A DNA stretch of 64,000 nucleotides from Candidatus Nitrosopelagicus sp. (GCA_028344575.1 JAOMBO010000005.1:780-64779), one strand, 5' to 3'. Shown: positions 9,457 to 19,619, counted from the stretch's first letter. The notes: generated from the sequence alone by a model not told the origin. Numbers and translations: made by a program.

Positions 9457-10527
9457 GTGAGCGAACTAAAATTTGATGTTTTAAATGCAAGAGTAACTTT
9501 CAAAAATGTTCCTCTCCATTCTCTTGCTAGATTTGCATTCAAAGATGTAACTGCTGCAACAGAGGCCTTCAAAAAAATTCCTGGTGTTGAAGAATGTATT
9601 ATAATTCAAACTTCTAGTAGAGTAGAAATTTTTACTGTTAGTAATCTTGAAACAGATGATTCTACTGATGCAAGAAGACCTGAAGGAAAAGGTTTGGTAA
9701 TTAATCAAATGAAAGAAACTTGGGAAAAAAATTCTAGCATAGAACAAATTGATATTGATCATTTTGATCAAACCTTGGAAGTTTTCAAAGATGATGATGT
9801 TTACCTTCATCTTCTACGATTAGCCTGTGGATTAGATTCTGTAGTTGTTGGAAAACAAGAAGTTTATGATGAAATTACAAAGTCACTAGAAATTGCAAAA
9901 AAATCTGGCGCCTCCGGAAAAATTCTTAATAAATTATTTGATAGTGTAATACGACTTGCTACTTCAATTCGAGATTCAACTGAAATAAGTAAAGAAGTTT
10001 TATCGTTAGGAGATGTTGCATTAAACTTGGTAGAAGAAAAAGTTGGTTTGGATGCAAAAAAGAAGGTTTTACTAATTGGAACTGGTGAATCTGCGGCTAT
10101 GGTTGCAAAAACACTAGGACAAAAAGAAATTTCATTTACAGTTACTAGTAAAGATATGCAACGTGCTACCAATTTCTCACAACTTTTGTGTGGTACCCCA
10201 ATGGAGTTTGTTGATGCACTTTCAGGATTTGATAAATTTGATATTATCATAGTTGCTACTACTGCTGATTACTTTTTGATTGATCTTGAACGGATCAAAC
10301 TTGTTATGAAAGAAAAGAAAAAAGGAACTCTAATTTTAGATATATCTGAGCCAAGAGCTGTAGAAGAAACTATCATGGAGTTACCTCGAATAAAATTATT
10401 ATTCAGAGATCAGGTTGCAGAAATTTATGAAGAAAATGCAAAATTAAGAGCTGGAATCGTACCTGCTGTTGAGAAAATCATTGATAAGGAATTACCAATC
10501 TTATCTGCTTCAATGAAAAGAGTTTAA
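9457..10527 (+). CDS. Glutamyl-tRNA reductase (HemA)-like protein, catalytic Cys absent
   Basis: HLLRLACGLDSVVVG and LLIGTGESA Rossmann motif of HemA; TCNR motif reads TSSR; only 356 aa. Confidence 0.8.
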   Translation: MSELKFDVLNARVTFKNVPLHSLARFAFKDVTAATEAFKKIPGVEECIIIQTSSRVEIFTVSNLETDDSTDARRPEGKGLVINQMKETWEKNSSIEQIDIDHFDQTLEVFKDDDVYLHLLRLACGLDSVVVGKQEVYDEITKSLEIAKKSGASGKILNKLFDSVIRLATSIRDSTEISKEVLSLGDVALNLVEEKVGLDAKKKVLLIGTGESAAMVAKTLGQKEISFTVTSKDMQRATNFSQLLCGTPMEFVDALSGFDKFDIIIVATTADYFLIDLERIKLVMKEKKKGTLILDISEPRAVEETIMELPRIKLLFRDQVAEIYEENAKLRAGIVPAVEKIIDKELPILSASMKRV

Positions 10528-10537
10528 TTTTTTACTA

Positions 10538-10702
10538 TTAGCCTTGTTGTCTTAGAATCACTTGTGTTAGTGTCTCTACAGAATATTCTATTCCATGTTC
10601 TTCATCACTATGTTTTCTATACGCATCGATCACATTTTCTACTTCACCCTCAATTTCGTATTGGCATTCAAATCCATAATCCCTGCATGTTATTTTTGCC
10701 AT
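10538..10702 (-). CDS. DUF1059-like small metal-binding protein (54 aa)
   Basis: Manual translation MAKITCRDYGFECQYEIEGEVENVIDAYRKHSDEEHGIEYSVETLTQVILRQQG; C-x-D-x-G-x-x-C...H-x4-H pattern. Below ORF track cutoff. Confidence 0.85.
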   Translation of the reverse strand: MAKITCRDYGFECQYEIEGEVENVIDAYRKHSDEEHGIEYSVETLTQVILRQQG

Positions 10703-10797
10703 GTGACTAATTTTGGCTGGTTAATTTTCTAAATATAAGTAAATCTGTCAAATTTTGAAGAGAAATACATTTATCCAAATCAAGAAACTTTCCTCAC

Positions 10798-11634
10798 ATG
10801 GCAGATACAAAAGCAAAGATCATCTATACTGAATTATTAAAAGAAGATCTAGTTGTGATTCGCCTAGTTCCAATAACTGGAATGCCAAAATACAAAACTG
10901 GACAGTTTCTAACTATTGGTTTACCGGTAGCTGCAGAAAATAAAATTGTGAAACGTGCATATTCAATTGCATCGCATGCTGAAAATAGAGATTATTTTGA
11001 ATTTGTAATTAGATGGGTAAGAAAACCATTACCTGGTCGTGTAACCACTGAATTATTCTATCTTAGTGTTGGTGATGAAGTATTACTTGGTGATCCGACC
11101 GGTGACGACTTAATAATTGAAGATAAATATCGAAATGGAGAACCAGATAATAGAAGAGTAGTCTGCGTAGGTGGCGGAACTGGTCTTGCACCATTCATCG
11201 CATTTGCACATCATTTTCATGACACTAATGATAAAAGACAACTTGTAGTTTTACATGGTGCAAGTTATGTTGATGAATTAAGTTACAAACGTCTTCTCAC
11301 TGACTTTGAAAATGAAAGTAAAGAGAGAGGAACTGATGAATGGAACTTTCTTTATAGAGCTGCAATTAGTAGACCAAAAGAACAATACAATAGATCATGG
11401 AATGGTCAAGTAGGAAGAGTTGAATCATTTTTCAAAGCAAATGCCCAAGGTGTTTCTCCATTAGATGAATTAGTTGGAGAAAAAGTCACTCCTGAGAATA
11501 CTAGAATTTACATTTGTGGTTATCAAGGAACCATCGATGGAGTAATGGATTATGTTGATGATAGAGGATTTGTCAATAGAGATAATCCGCATGAAGATGG
11601 AACTTTTGAAGTCAAATACGAATCATACGGATAA
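10798..11634 (+). CDS. Ferredoxin--NADP(+) reductase family protein, paralog 2
   Basis: RAYSIAS, GGGTGLAPF, YICG, C-terminal YESYG. Confidence 0.9.
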   Translation: MADTKAKIIYTELLKEDLVVIRLVPITGMPKYKTGQFLTIGLPVAAENKIVKRAYSIASHAENRDYFEFVIRWVRKPLPGRVTTELFYLSVGDEVLLGDPTGDDLIIEDKYRNGEPDNRRVVCVGGGTGLAPFIAFAHHFHDTNDKRQLVVLHGASYVDELSYKRLLTDFENESKERGTDEWNFLYRAAISRPKEQYNRSWNGQVGRVESFFKANAQGVSPLDELVGEKVTPENTRIYICGYQGTIDGVMDYVDDRGFVNRDNPHEDGTFEVKYESYG

Positions 11635-11637
11635 AAT

Positions 11638-12435
11638 TTATTTTTCTCTTGGAAGTATCTCGTCTAAAATTTCCTGATTTGCAGCTGCAATAAAAGAAAC
11701 TCTTGTATCATAACTCAAATCTGCATCAAGAGGTTTGAATTCTGAATCTAAAAGCAAACCTCCTGCTTCTTTCACAATTATGTATCCTGCTGCGATATCT
11801 TGAATTCTAATTTTATCTCTTAAATCAATAAAAACATCCATCACACCTTGTGCAAACATTGCCATTTCTAATGCATTTGCACCAAAATGTCTGGTATGAC
11901 TGTGATGTTCAAAAACAGGTTGCAATTTTTTCATTATTTCTTGTGATACACCTGACGTATTGACTCCAACTATTTTGTACAATGGAGTACCTTTGTAAAC
12001 TGAAATTTGTTTGTCATCTAGAAATGCACCTTTTCCTTCTGATGCAGAATACATTTCACCTGTTGAAAGATTTGTAATCACTCCGTCTGTTATTGAACTG
12101 AGCCTATTTTCTGTTGCAAATGCTAATGATGAACAAAAAAATGGTACTCCTCTAACCGCATTTGCAGAACCGTCAATTGCATCCATGATGACAAATCCTT
12201 TTGGATTTTCTGATAGTTCTACTCGACCACATTCTTCGCCTAACACTACACACTCAAAATTAATCTCTTTTAGATAATCTAAAACAGTGGTTTCTGCAGT
12301 AATATCGATATTTCTAGAAATATCTCCTCCTGCACCTCTTCCAAAATCACCAGCAGCTTTTTCTGTTCCTGCCATGTCTTTCACCGCCTCATAAATTCTT
12401 CTTGATGCTTCTTTGAGAACTTGATTAGTTTCCAT
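11638..12435 (-). CDS. Inositol monophosphatase / fructose-1,6-bisphosphatase family protein
   Basis: LGEECG, DAIDGSAN, DIAAGYIIVKEAGG motifs. Confidence 0.88.
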   Translation of the reverse strand: METNQVLKEASRRIYEAVKDMAGTEKAAGDFGRGAGGDISRNIDITAETTVLDYLKEINFECVVLGEECGRVELSENPKGFVIMDAIDGSANAVRGVPFFCSSLAFATENRLSSITDGVITNLSTGEMYSASEGKGAFLDDKQISVYKGTPLYKIVGVNTSGVSQEIMKKLQPVFEHHSHTRHFGANALEMAMFAQGVMDVFIDLRDKIRIQDIAAGYIIVKEAGGLLLDSEFKPLDADLSYDTRVSFIAAANQEILDEILPREK

Positions 12436-12524
12436 TATGATTTTCAAATTTGTGGATAATTTAATTGAATAATTTTTTTATTTAATTTGAAAACCTCTTT
12501 ATTCATGCTTGAAATTAATTAATT

Positions 12525-12845
12525 ATGACGGCAACAGAATTACAAGGCTCAGGTGGATGGGTTAATGCAGAACTTACTGATGAAGAAGTCCAAAAATCAA
12601 AACTTGTACCAAACATAGACAAACACTTCCTAGCATCACTTGAAAAATTAGATCCTTCAAAAATGCTGAAACATTTCTGTAAGGCATGTAATTCTGAGTT
12701 TGATGGACCAACTGCTTTTCAAATAGAAGAAAAACCAAATGAAGAGGTTGCTAATGGGTTAATCTTAATTGAGAGAGGTCAGTATACCTGTCACAAATGT
12801 AGTTCTACCATCGGCGAATATCGTGTTTTCTCACAGCCACAATAG
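12525..12845 (+). CDS. Hypothetical zinc-ribbon protein
   Basis: Two CxxC motifs (CKAC, CHKC). Confidence 0.7.
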   Translation: MTATELQGSGGWVNAELTDEEVQKSKLVPNIDKHFLASLEKLDPSKMLKHFCKACNSEFDGPTAFQIEEKPNEEVANGLILIERGQYTCHKCSSTIGEYRVFSQPQ

Positions 12846-12890
12846 AAACCCAACATATACATTATTAATTTCGAATCATAATCATATAAC

Positions 12891-13346
12891 ATGGAAGAAA
12901 ATTACTCTTGGATCTATTTGCTCATATTCATGATCATACCACTTGCTAGAATACTCCCAAGATTATTGAGACGTGTTGGTCTTAAACAAGACATATCACC
13001 TCGTCCTGAAACCCCACGTGGAAATTTTTTCCAAGAATCACCATCTGCGGATAATTTTAGAGAATCATCTTCCCCTGATAATTTTCAAGAATCTCCACGT
13101 CGAGAAGAATTTTCAACAAAGAACTGGCCTAAAGAAAAAATTGTACTTGGTTTATTGATGACTAACATATCAAAATTTGAAGAACTTCAGAAGAAAGGAA
13201 ACATATCGACAAACAATCTAGATACAATTCTTCAAGATCTTGAGAAAAAAGGCCTAATGAGACCTGTAGAAAAAAGTGGTCCATTTGGAAAATCAATACA
13301 ATTGAGAATTACAGAAAAAGGCGCTGCAGAGTTTAGACGAATGTAA
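12891..13346 (+). CDS. Membrane-anchored protein with C-terminal winged-helix-like domain
   Basis: N-terminal TM segment, 9-aa repeat linker, LQDLEKKGLM...LRITEKG wHTH-like tail. Confidence 0.65.
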   Translation: MEENYSWIYLLIFMIIPLARILPRLLRRVGLKQDISPRPETPRGNFFQESPSADNFRESSSPDNFQESPRREEFSTKNWPKEKIVLGLLMTNISKFEELQKKGNISTNNLDTILQDLEKKGLMRPVEKSGPFGKSIQLRITEKGAAEFRRM

Positions 13347-13390
13347 TTAGATCTTTGAAGGCATAAATAGCAATTTGTTAACAATCTTTT

Positions 13391-14509
13391 GTGAGTGGAA
13401 AAGACGAATCAATTTTCAGTAAAAGTGCATTAATGGGAACTAAACCTGGAAAACAAATCATAAAACAAGGTTTATTCAAATCAAAAGGATTCAAACAATT
13501 TAATCATTATAAGGAAGAAGCAGAAAATACATTTCCAGAATTTGCTAAAAGATTTGCAAAAAATTTATTTGATCAAATAAACTCTGATGAATCTCCTAAC
13601 ACCACACAACAAAAATTTGCAGAAGAAGTGGGTTCAACGGAAATTATTCTTAATGCTTCTGAAATAGATCCTATCAAATCGAAACTATCTGATTTTGATA
13701 CTCTACACGACAGAGTTCTTAGAATTCTAAACTCAAATTTTGTAAAAATGACATTTCCTGTATTCAATGGTCTTTTTGATGCGTCAACTGATTACTTTAA
13801 AGATGATCCAAGTACCAATATGCGCGAGGATATTGTAGATGGTCATATAATTGCAATAGATCTTAGTGAACCAATGGATAGAATTGTAGACAAAGATGAG
13901 GATTTGGAATATCTTGATGATTACAAACTAATGAATCCATATATTCTAAAACTTGCAAGAGAAAAAATTTCAAAAGGTGGTGAGGATGTACTAAAAGAAT
14001 TTGAAGAAGGATTCAAGCAGGCAAGAATTGGACAATACCTTGATACAAAATTAAAAGATAAACCTACATCAATTACAGAAGAAGAATTAGTTGAAAGTTA
14101 CAAGAAATATCGTTCTGTTATGGGTACAGCTGGTCGAAACATGGCATTAAATCGTGCACCGTTAGCTGATATCTTTTACACTGGAATGGCAAAAGCAGCA
14201 GAATCTGTTGGATGTGGAAATGAAATTGAAGACAGCATTAGAGATAAAGCTGCAAAAATACCATCATGGCCATTGTTCTATTCTCTAAAAATGAATGATG
14301 TAAAGAGTGGATTTGAAGAGACCATGAATCACAGTGAATCTTATCTTAATGATGCTAGATCTGCTCTTGAAAAACTCCCAGATAGTTTCTCACATCGAAA
14401 ATTCTTAGAATTTTTGTTCCTAACTGTCGAACACTATAATCTATTTTGGTATAAAAAACTCCAAGAAGAAAATATCTGGTCAGATTTGACTCAAAACCTT
14501 CCTAAGTGA
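13391..14509 (+). CDS. Hypothetical protein (372 aa)
   Basis: Long ORF with genome-typical codon use, closely followed by rfcL; no motif recognised. Confidence 0.75.
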   Translation: MSGKDESIFSKSALMGTKPGKQIIKQGLFKSKGFKQFNHYKEEAENTFPEFAKRFAKNLFDQINSDESPNTTQQKFAEEVGSTEIILNASEIDPIKSKLSDFDTLHDRVLRILNSNFVKMTFPVFNGLFDASTDYFKDDPSTNMREDIVDGHIIAIDLSEPMDRIVDKDEDLEYLDDYKLMNPYILKLAREKISKGGEDVLKEFEEGFKQARIGQYLDTKLKDKPTSITEEELVESYKKYRSVMGTAGRNMALNRAPLADIFYTGMAKAAESVGCGNEIEDSIRDKAAKIPSWPLFYSLKMNDVKSGFEETMNHSESYLNDARSALEKLPDSFSHRKFLEFLFLTVEHYNLFWYKKLQEENIWSDLTQNLPK

Positions 14510-14514
14510 TACAA

Positions 14515-15675
14515 ATGATGTGGTCAGAAAAATACCGACCTCAAAATATTTTTGATATGGTTGGAAATGAAGATGCTAGAAAACAATTTGTTGAATGGTT
14601 TGGAAAATGGAAAAAAGGAACAAAACCACTATTATTGATTGGTCCTCCTGGAATTGGAAAAACAACAATGTGCTTTCTTGCAGGAAAACAATTTGGTTAT
14701 GACATGATTAGTCTTAATGCAAGTGATGTTAGAAATAAAAAAAATATCCAAGAAATACTAACTCCTGTACTTGGAAACCAAACTGTTCTTGGTGAACCCA
14801 TGATTTTCATTGATGAAGTAGATGGAATACATGGACGTTCTGATTATGGAGGAGTTGAAGCTCTCATTAACATCTTAAAAGAACCAACCGTTCCAATTGT
14901 ACTTGCTGGTAATTATGGTTCTTCTGATAAAATGAAGAAAATAAAAAAAGTCGTAAAAACTTTACAGATTAGTCCATTGTCGCCTAGATTTCTTAAATTA
15001 TATCTTGACATGATATTAGAAAAAGAAAAAGCAAAAATTAATCCTGGAAGATTGATAAAATTAATTACTGATTCAAAAGGTGATATCCGTTCTATGATAA
15101 ACTCTGCACAAGCATTAGTTACTGGATTTGAACCTAATACTGAAAAATCATTTGAATCTCTAAACATCGAAGATGGATTAAATGCATTTTTCAAATCACA
15201 GTCACTTGAGGAAGCAAGAGTTGTTTTATTTTCTTTAAGAATTGATCCTAGAGAAAAAATTAATGCATTTTATTCAAGTATCATTACTAGTAATCTATCT
15301 TCAGATAAAATGTCTAAAGCACTAGAAATTATTTCAGAAGCTGATTTACTTTATGGAAAAATAATGAAAACACAAAATTGGAGATTACTACGTTACCTTG
15401 ATTCAATTTTGTTATCCCTTTATGAAAAAGATTCTTCTGCTAGATACACTCAGTATAATCTCTCTTGGCCATTGTTGAATAGATTACGATGGGATGGTGC
15501 AAAAATCAAAGCTATTGGTTTAACATTATCCAAAAAACTTCATGTATCAAATAGTACCTTTGCAACATTTTTCTTTCCACTCATTTTATCATTGAAAAAA
15601 AATAATTCTATTGAACTTGAATTTGAAGAGACGTATGAAGAATTAATTCAAAAGGAGATTGAACTTTTACAATGA
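14515..15675 (+). CDS. rfcL: Replication factor C large subunit
   Basis: WSEKYRP, GPPGIGKT Walker A, LNASD, IDEVDG, GDIRS. Confidence 0.9.
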   Translation: MMWSEKYRPQNIFDMVGNEDARKQFVEWFGKWKKGTKPLLLIGPPGIGKTTMCFLAGKQFGYDMISLNASDVRNKKNIQEILTPVLGNQTVLGEPMIFIDEVDGIHGRSDYGGVEALINILKEPTVPIVLAGNYGSSDKMKKIKKVVKTLQISPLSPRFLKLYLDMILEKEKAKINPGRLIKLITDSKGDIRSMINSAQALVTGFEPNTEKSFESLNIEDGLNAFFKSQSLEEARVVLFSLRIDPREKINAFYSSIITSNLSSDKMSKALEIISEADLLYGKIMKTQNWRLLRYLDSILLSLYEKDSSARYTQYNLSWPLLNRLRWDGAKIKAIGLTLSKKLHVSNSTFATFFFPLILSLKKNNSIELEFEETYEELIQKEIELLQ

Positions 15676-15990
15676 GCTGGCGAAAAATTGCAATGAAATT
15701 TGATGGTACATGCATAGTATGTAATGAAAAAAATCAATGTAAATGAAATTGGTCTATGGTCAAAAGGTCTAGGAGTAAAACACGAAAAATGTGTTGAAAC
15801 TGAAGATCTCAAATGCATGATATGTGATGGCTCTGCTGGGTGCTCCCAGTGTGAATTTCAAGATGATTGTGATCGTTCAGTTGTTTCTCAACTATGTATA
15901 TGTAAAAAATGTGAAGGATTAGGCAATACTTATGAAACATATCAAAACTCGCTTAAAAAGAAATTTTCATTATTAAATCTTAAAAATTAG
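15672..15990 (+). pseudogene. Cys-rich zinc-binding protein gene apparently frameshifted at an A7 run (or sequencing error)
   Basis: ATG 15672 overlaps the rfcL stop and reads MSWRKIAMKFDGTCIVCNEK; removing one A from 15727-15733 joins it to the ORF-track frame INVNEIGLWSKGLGVKHEKC...CMIC...CSQC...CKKC. Confidence 0.7.
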
Positions 15991-16050
15991 CAATTTTTGT
16001 TTTCTTTAACTTAAATTAATATATGATATCTGAGGCGAGAAATCGCGGAC

Positions 16051-17598
16051 ATGCATTCTGACAAACTAAATGAATATCTGAATAATAAAAAAACATCACT
16101 TCAAGGTGGTGGTCAGGATAGAATTAAGGCCCAACATGAAAAGGGCAAACTGACTGCAAGAGAACGTATTGATCTACTCTGTGATGATGGAACTTTTGTT
16201 GAACTTGACGCAATGACTACACATCACTATTTTGATTACGATATGCAGAAAAAGAAATTTTTCACTGATGGTGTAGTTGGCGGTTATGGAAAAATCAACG
16301 GTCGTCAAGTCTATGTTTTCGCATATGATTTCACTGTTTTAGGTGGAACCTTAAGTCAGATGGGAGCTAAAAAAATTACTAAATTAATGGATCATGCAAC
16401 TAGAAATGGTTGTCCAATAGTTGGAATTGCTGATTCTGGTGGTGCAAGAATTCAAGAGGGAATCTTAAGCCTCGATGGTTTTGCAGATATTTTCTATCAT
16501 AACCAATTAGCATCTGGTGTAGTTCCACAAATTACTGCAAGTATTGGTCCTTCTGCTGGTGGTGCTGTTTACTCTCCTGCAATGACTGATTTTGTTATAA
16601 TGGTTGAAAAAGCTGGAACTATGTTTGTAACTGGTCCTGATGTTGTAAAAACAGTTCTTGGAGAAGAAATATCCTTTGATGAATTAGGTGGTGCAATGAC
16701 TCATGGAACAAAGAGTGGTGTTGCTCACTTTGTAGCTAAAAATGAATACGAATGTATGGATTACATCAAAACATTACTTTCTTACATTCCACAAAATAAT
16801 GCTGAAGCTCCACCTTCTGTTACAACATCTGATGATCCTAACAGACTAGATAATAATTTAATAAACATTCTACCTGATGATGCTTTACAACCTTATGATA
16901 TGAAAGAAATTATTCATTCAATCTTGGATGATAACAAATTCTTTGAAATCCATGAACTATTTGCACAAAATGTTATTGTTGGTTTTGGTAGAATGAATGG
17001 TAAAACTGTTGGAATTGTAGCAAATCAACCAATGTTTTTGGCAGGTGCATTAGATATTGATTCATCAAACAAAGCATCACGTTTCATTCGTTTCTGTGAT
17101 TGTTATGGTATTCCACTAATTACTTTAGTTGACACTCCTGGTTACATGCCAGGTTCAAATCAAGAGCATAATGGAATAATTCGTCATGGAAGTAAATTAC
17201 TATACTCTTACTGTGAAGCTACTGTTCCAAAAATTACAGTTGTCATTGGAAAAGCATATGGTGGTGCATACATTGCAATGTCCAGTAAAAATCTAGGAAC
17301 TGATGTGAATTATGCATGGCCAACTGCACAAATTGCTGTACTTGGATCTGAAGGTGCTGTTAAAATTATGAATAGAAAAGAATTAGCAAGTTCCGATAAT
17401 CCTGATGAATTAAAAAAGAAATTAGTTGATGAATTTACCGAAAAATTCGCAAATCCTTACGTTGCAGCATCAAATGGAACAGTAGATACCGTTATTGATC
17501 CGGCAGAGACTCGACCAATGCTTATCAAAGCACTAGAAATGCTTAGCAATAAACGTGAAAAACAACTTCCTAGAAAACATGGAAATATCAACCTGTGA
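16051..17598 (+). CDS. pccB: Acetyl-/propionyl-CoA carboxylase, carboxyltransferase subunit (3HP/4HB cycle)
   Basis: GKLTARER, DFTVLGG, SGGARIQEG, KAYGGAY, RKHGNI motifs. Confidence 0.95.
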   Translation: MHSDKLNEYLNNKKTSLQGGGQDRIKAQHEKGKLTARERIDLLCDDGTFVELDAMTTHHYFDYDMQKKKFFTDGVVGGYGKINGRQVYVFAYDFTVLGGTLSQMGAKKITKLMDHATRNGCPIVGIADSGGARIQEGILSLDGFADIFYHNQLASGVVPQITASIGPSAGGAVYSPAMTDFVIMVEKAGTMFVTGPDVVKTVLGEEISFDELGGAMTHGTKSGVAHFVAKNEYECMDYIKTLLSYIPQNNAEAPPSVTTSDDPNRLDNNLINILPDDALQPYDMKEIIHSILDDNKFFEIHELFAQNVIVGFGRMNGKTVGIVANQPMFLAGALDIDSSNKASRFIRFCDCYGIPLITLVDTPGYMPGSNQEHNGIIRHGSKLLYSYCEATVPKITVVIGKAYGGAYIAMSSKNLGTDVNYAWPTAQIAVLGSEGAVKIMNRKELASSDNPDELKKKLVDEFTEKFANPYVAASNGTVDTVIDPAETRPMLIKALEMLSNKREKQLPRKHGNINL

Positions 17599-17604
17599 TT
17601 AGAT

Positions 17605-19098
17605 ATGATTGAAAAAGTACTGATAGCCAACAGAGGAGAAATCGCCCTTCGTGTAATGAAAACTTGTAAGGCTTTAGGAATAAAGACTGTGGCAGTCTAT
17701 TCCGATGAAGATGTAAACTCTCTTCATGTAAAAACTGCTGATGAGTCATATTACATTGGTGAAGCTGCTCCTGCAAAGAGCTATCTTAATCAAGAAAAAA
17801 TTCTTGACGTCATGCTATCGTCTGGTACCGATGCTGTGCATCCTGGTTATGGTTTTCTTTCAGAAAATGATGATTTTGCACGATTATGTGAAAAAAATAA
17901 AATTAACTTTATCGGTCCTTCTGCTGATTCAATGAATCTTTGTGGAGATAAGATGCGTTGTAAAGCCGCAATGCTTGATGCTAATGTCCCAACCGTACCT
18001 GGTAGTCCAGGTTTAGTAAAAGATGCAGATGAAGCAGAAAAAATTGCAAATGATATTGGTTATCCTGTACTTTTGAAATCAGTTTATGGTGGTGGAGGTC
18101 GTGGAATTAGATTAGTTACTAATGATAAAGAATTACAGGAAGGTTTTGAAACTGTTACATCTGAATCCATAGCCGCTGTTGGAAAATCTGCAATTATTGT
18201 TGAAAAATTCCTAGAAAAAACACGACATATTGAATATCAAATGTGTAGAGACAAACATGGTAATACCGTACATCTCTTTGAGAGGGAATGTTCTATTCAG
18301 AGACGAAATCAAAAATTAATTGAACAAACTCCATCTCCTGTAGTCGATGAAGCGAAAAGAGAAGAAATTGGTGAATTAGTTGTTAAAGCTGCACAAGCCG
18401 TTGATTATACTAACTTGGGCACTGCAGAATTTCTCAGAGCAGATTCTGGCGAATTTTATTTCATTGAAATCAATGCAAGATTACAAGTAGAACACCCAAT
18501 CTCTGAAATGGTATCTGGATTAGACTTTGTTAAACTTCAACTAGATATTGCAAATGGAGAAACATTACCATTCAAACAATCTGATTTGAAAATGAATGGT
18601 TATGCAATTGAATGTAGAATAAATGCTGAGGATACTTTCTTAGACTTTGCACCCTCAACTGGTCCTGTCCCTTACGTTACAATTCCTTCAGGTCCGAGTG
18701 TTAGATGTGACACATATCTATACCCTGGATGCACTGTATCACCATTTTATGATTCTTTGATGGCAAAACTGTGCACTTGGGGAAAAACATTCGATGAATC
18801 TAGATTAAGAATGCTAAACGCATTAGATGACTTTGATATTCAGGGTGTAGAAACTTCAATTCCTTTATACAAAACTATTCTAAATTCTGAAGAATACAAG
18901 ACTGGAAATCTGTCAACTGACTTTTTGAAACGATTTGAAATGATTGAAAAATTAGAAAAAGATCTAATTCAAGATAGAAAAGATAAACAAATTCCTGCTA
19001 TTGCTTCTGCAATAATGCATTCTGAATTTTATAAAAGTAAAGTACAATCACAAAATTCTAGAAATCAAAACTGGAAAAATAAGATGGATAGCGTGTAA
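17605..19098 (+). CDS. accC: Acetyl-/propionyl-CoA carboxylase, biotin carboxylase subunit
   Basis: KVLIANRGEIA, HPGYGFLSEN, GGGGRG, ERECSIQRRNQK, RLQVEH. Confidence 0.96.
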   Translation: MIEKVLIANRGEIALRVMKTCKALGIKTVAVYSDEDVNSLHVKTADESYYIGEAAPAKSYLNQEKILDVMLSSGTDAVHPGYGFLSENDDFARLCEKNKINFIGPSADSMNLCGDKMRCKAAMLDANVPTVPGSPGLVKDADEAEKIANDIGYPVLLKSVYGGGGRGIRLVTNDKELQEGFETVTSESIAAVGKSAIIVEKFLEKTRHIEYQMCRDKHGNTVHLFERECSIQRRNQKLIEQTPSPVVDEAKREEIGELVVKAAQAVDYTNLGTAEFLRADSGEFYFIEINARLQVEHPISEMVSGLDFVKLQLDIANGETLPFKQSDLKMNGYAIECRINAEDTFLDFAPSTGPVPYVTIPSGPSVRCDTYLYPGCTVSPFYDSLMAKLCTWGKTFDESRLRMLNALDDFDIQGVETSIPLYKTILNSEEYKTGNLSTDFLKRFEMIEKLEKDLIQDRKDKQIPAIASAIMHSEFYKSKVQSQNSRNQNWKNKMDSV

Positions 19099-19100
19099 AT

Positions 19101-19613
19101 ATGAAATACAAAGTTCAAGATACTGATGAAATTGTAGATGGCGAAATTTTAGAGAAATTATCGCAGGATGAATACAAAATTAAGATCAAAGACAATGAAT
19201 ATGTTGTAAAAATTCTTAACATGGATTCAAATGTTATGGAATTTGTTTTGAATAATGAATTTCATTCAGTTAGATATGTTGATAGTCAAACTTCTGAGAT
19301 GAATTTCATTGTTGACGGTTCATCAATGTCTGTAAACATGAATTCACATCTTGATGATATTGTTTACAAAAACTCCGGCGGTTCTGATTCTGGTGCTGGT
19401 CAATCTACTTTGCGTAGCCAAATCCCTGGTAAAGTTGTATCAATAAATGCAGGTGAAGGTACTGAAGTCAAGAAAGGTGACACAGTTTGTACCTTAGAAT
19501 CTATGAAGATGCAAGTTGCTGTCAAAGCACAAAAAGATGGTACAGTCAAAGGTATCAAAATTAAAGAAGGTAATTCTGTAAACAAAAATGATATTATTGC
19601 TGAAATTGAATAA
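19101..19613 (+). CDS. accB: Biotin carboxyl carrier protein
   Basis: ESMKM biotinylation motif in C-terminal domain; operon context. Confidence 0.93.
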   Translation: MKYKVQDTDEIVDGEILEKLSQDEYKIKIKDNEYVVKILNMDSNVMEFVLNNEFHSVRYVDSQTSEMNFIVDGSSMSVNMNSHLDDIVYKNSGGSDSGAGQSTLRSQIPGKVVSINAGEGTEVKKGDTVCTLESMKMQVAVKAQKDGTVKGIKIKEGNSVNKNDIIAEIE

Positions 19614-19619
19614 TTAGTT

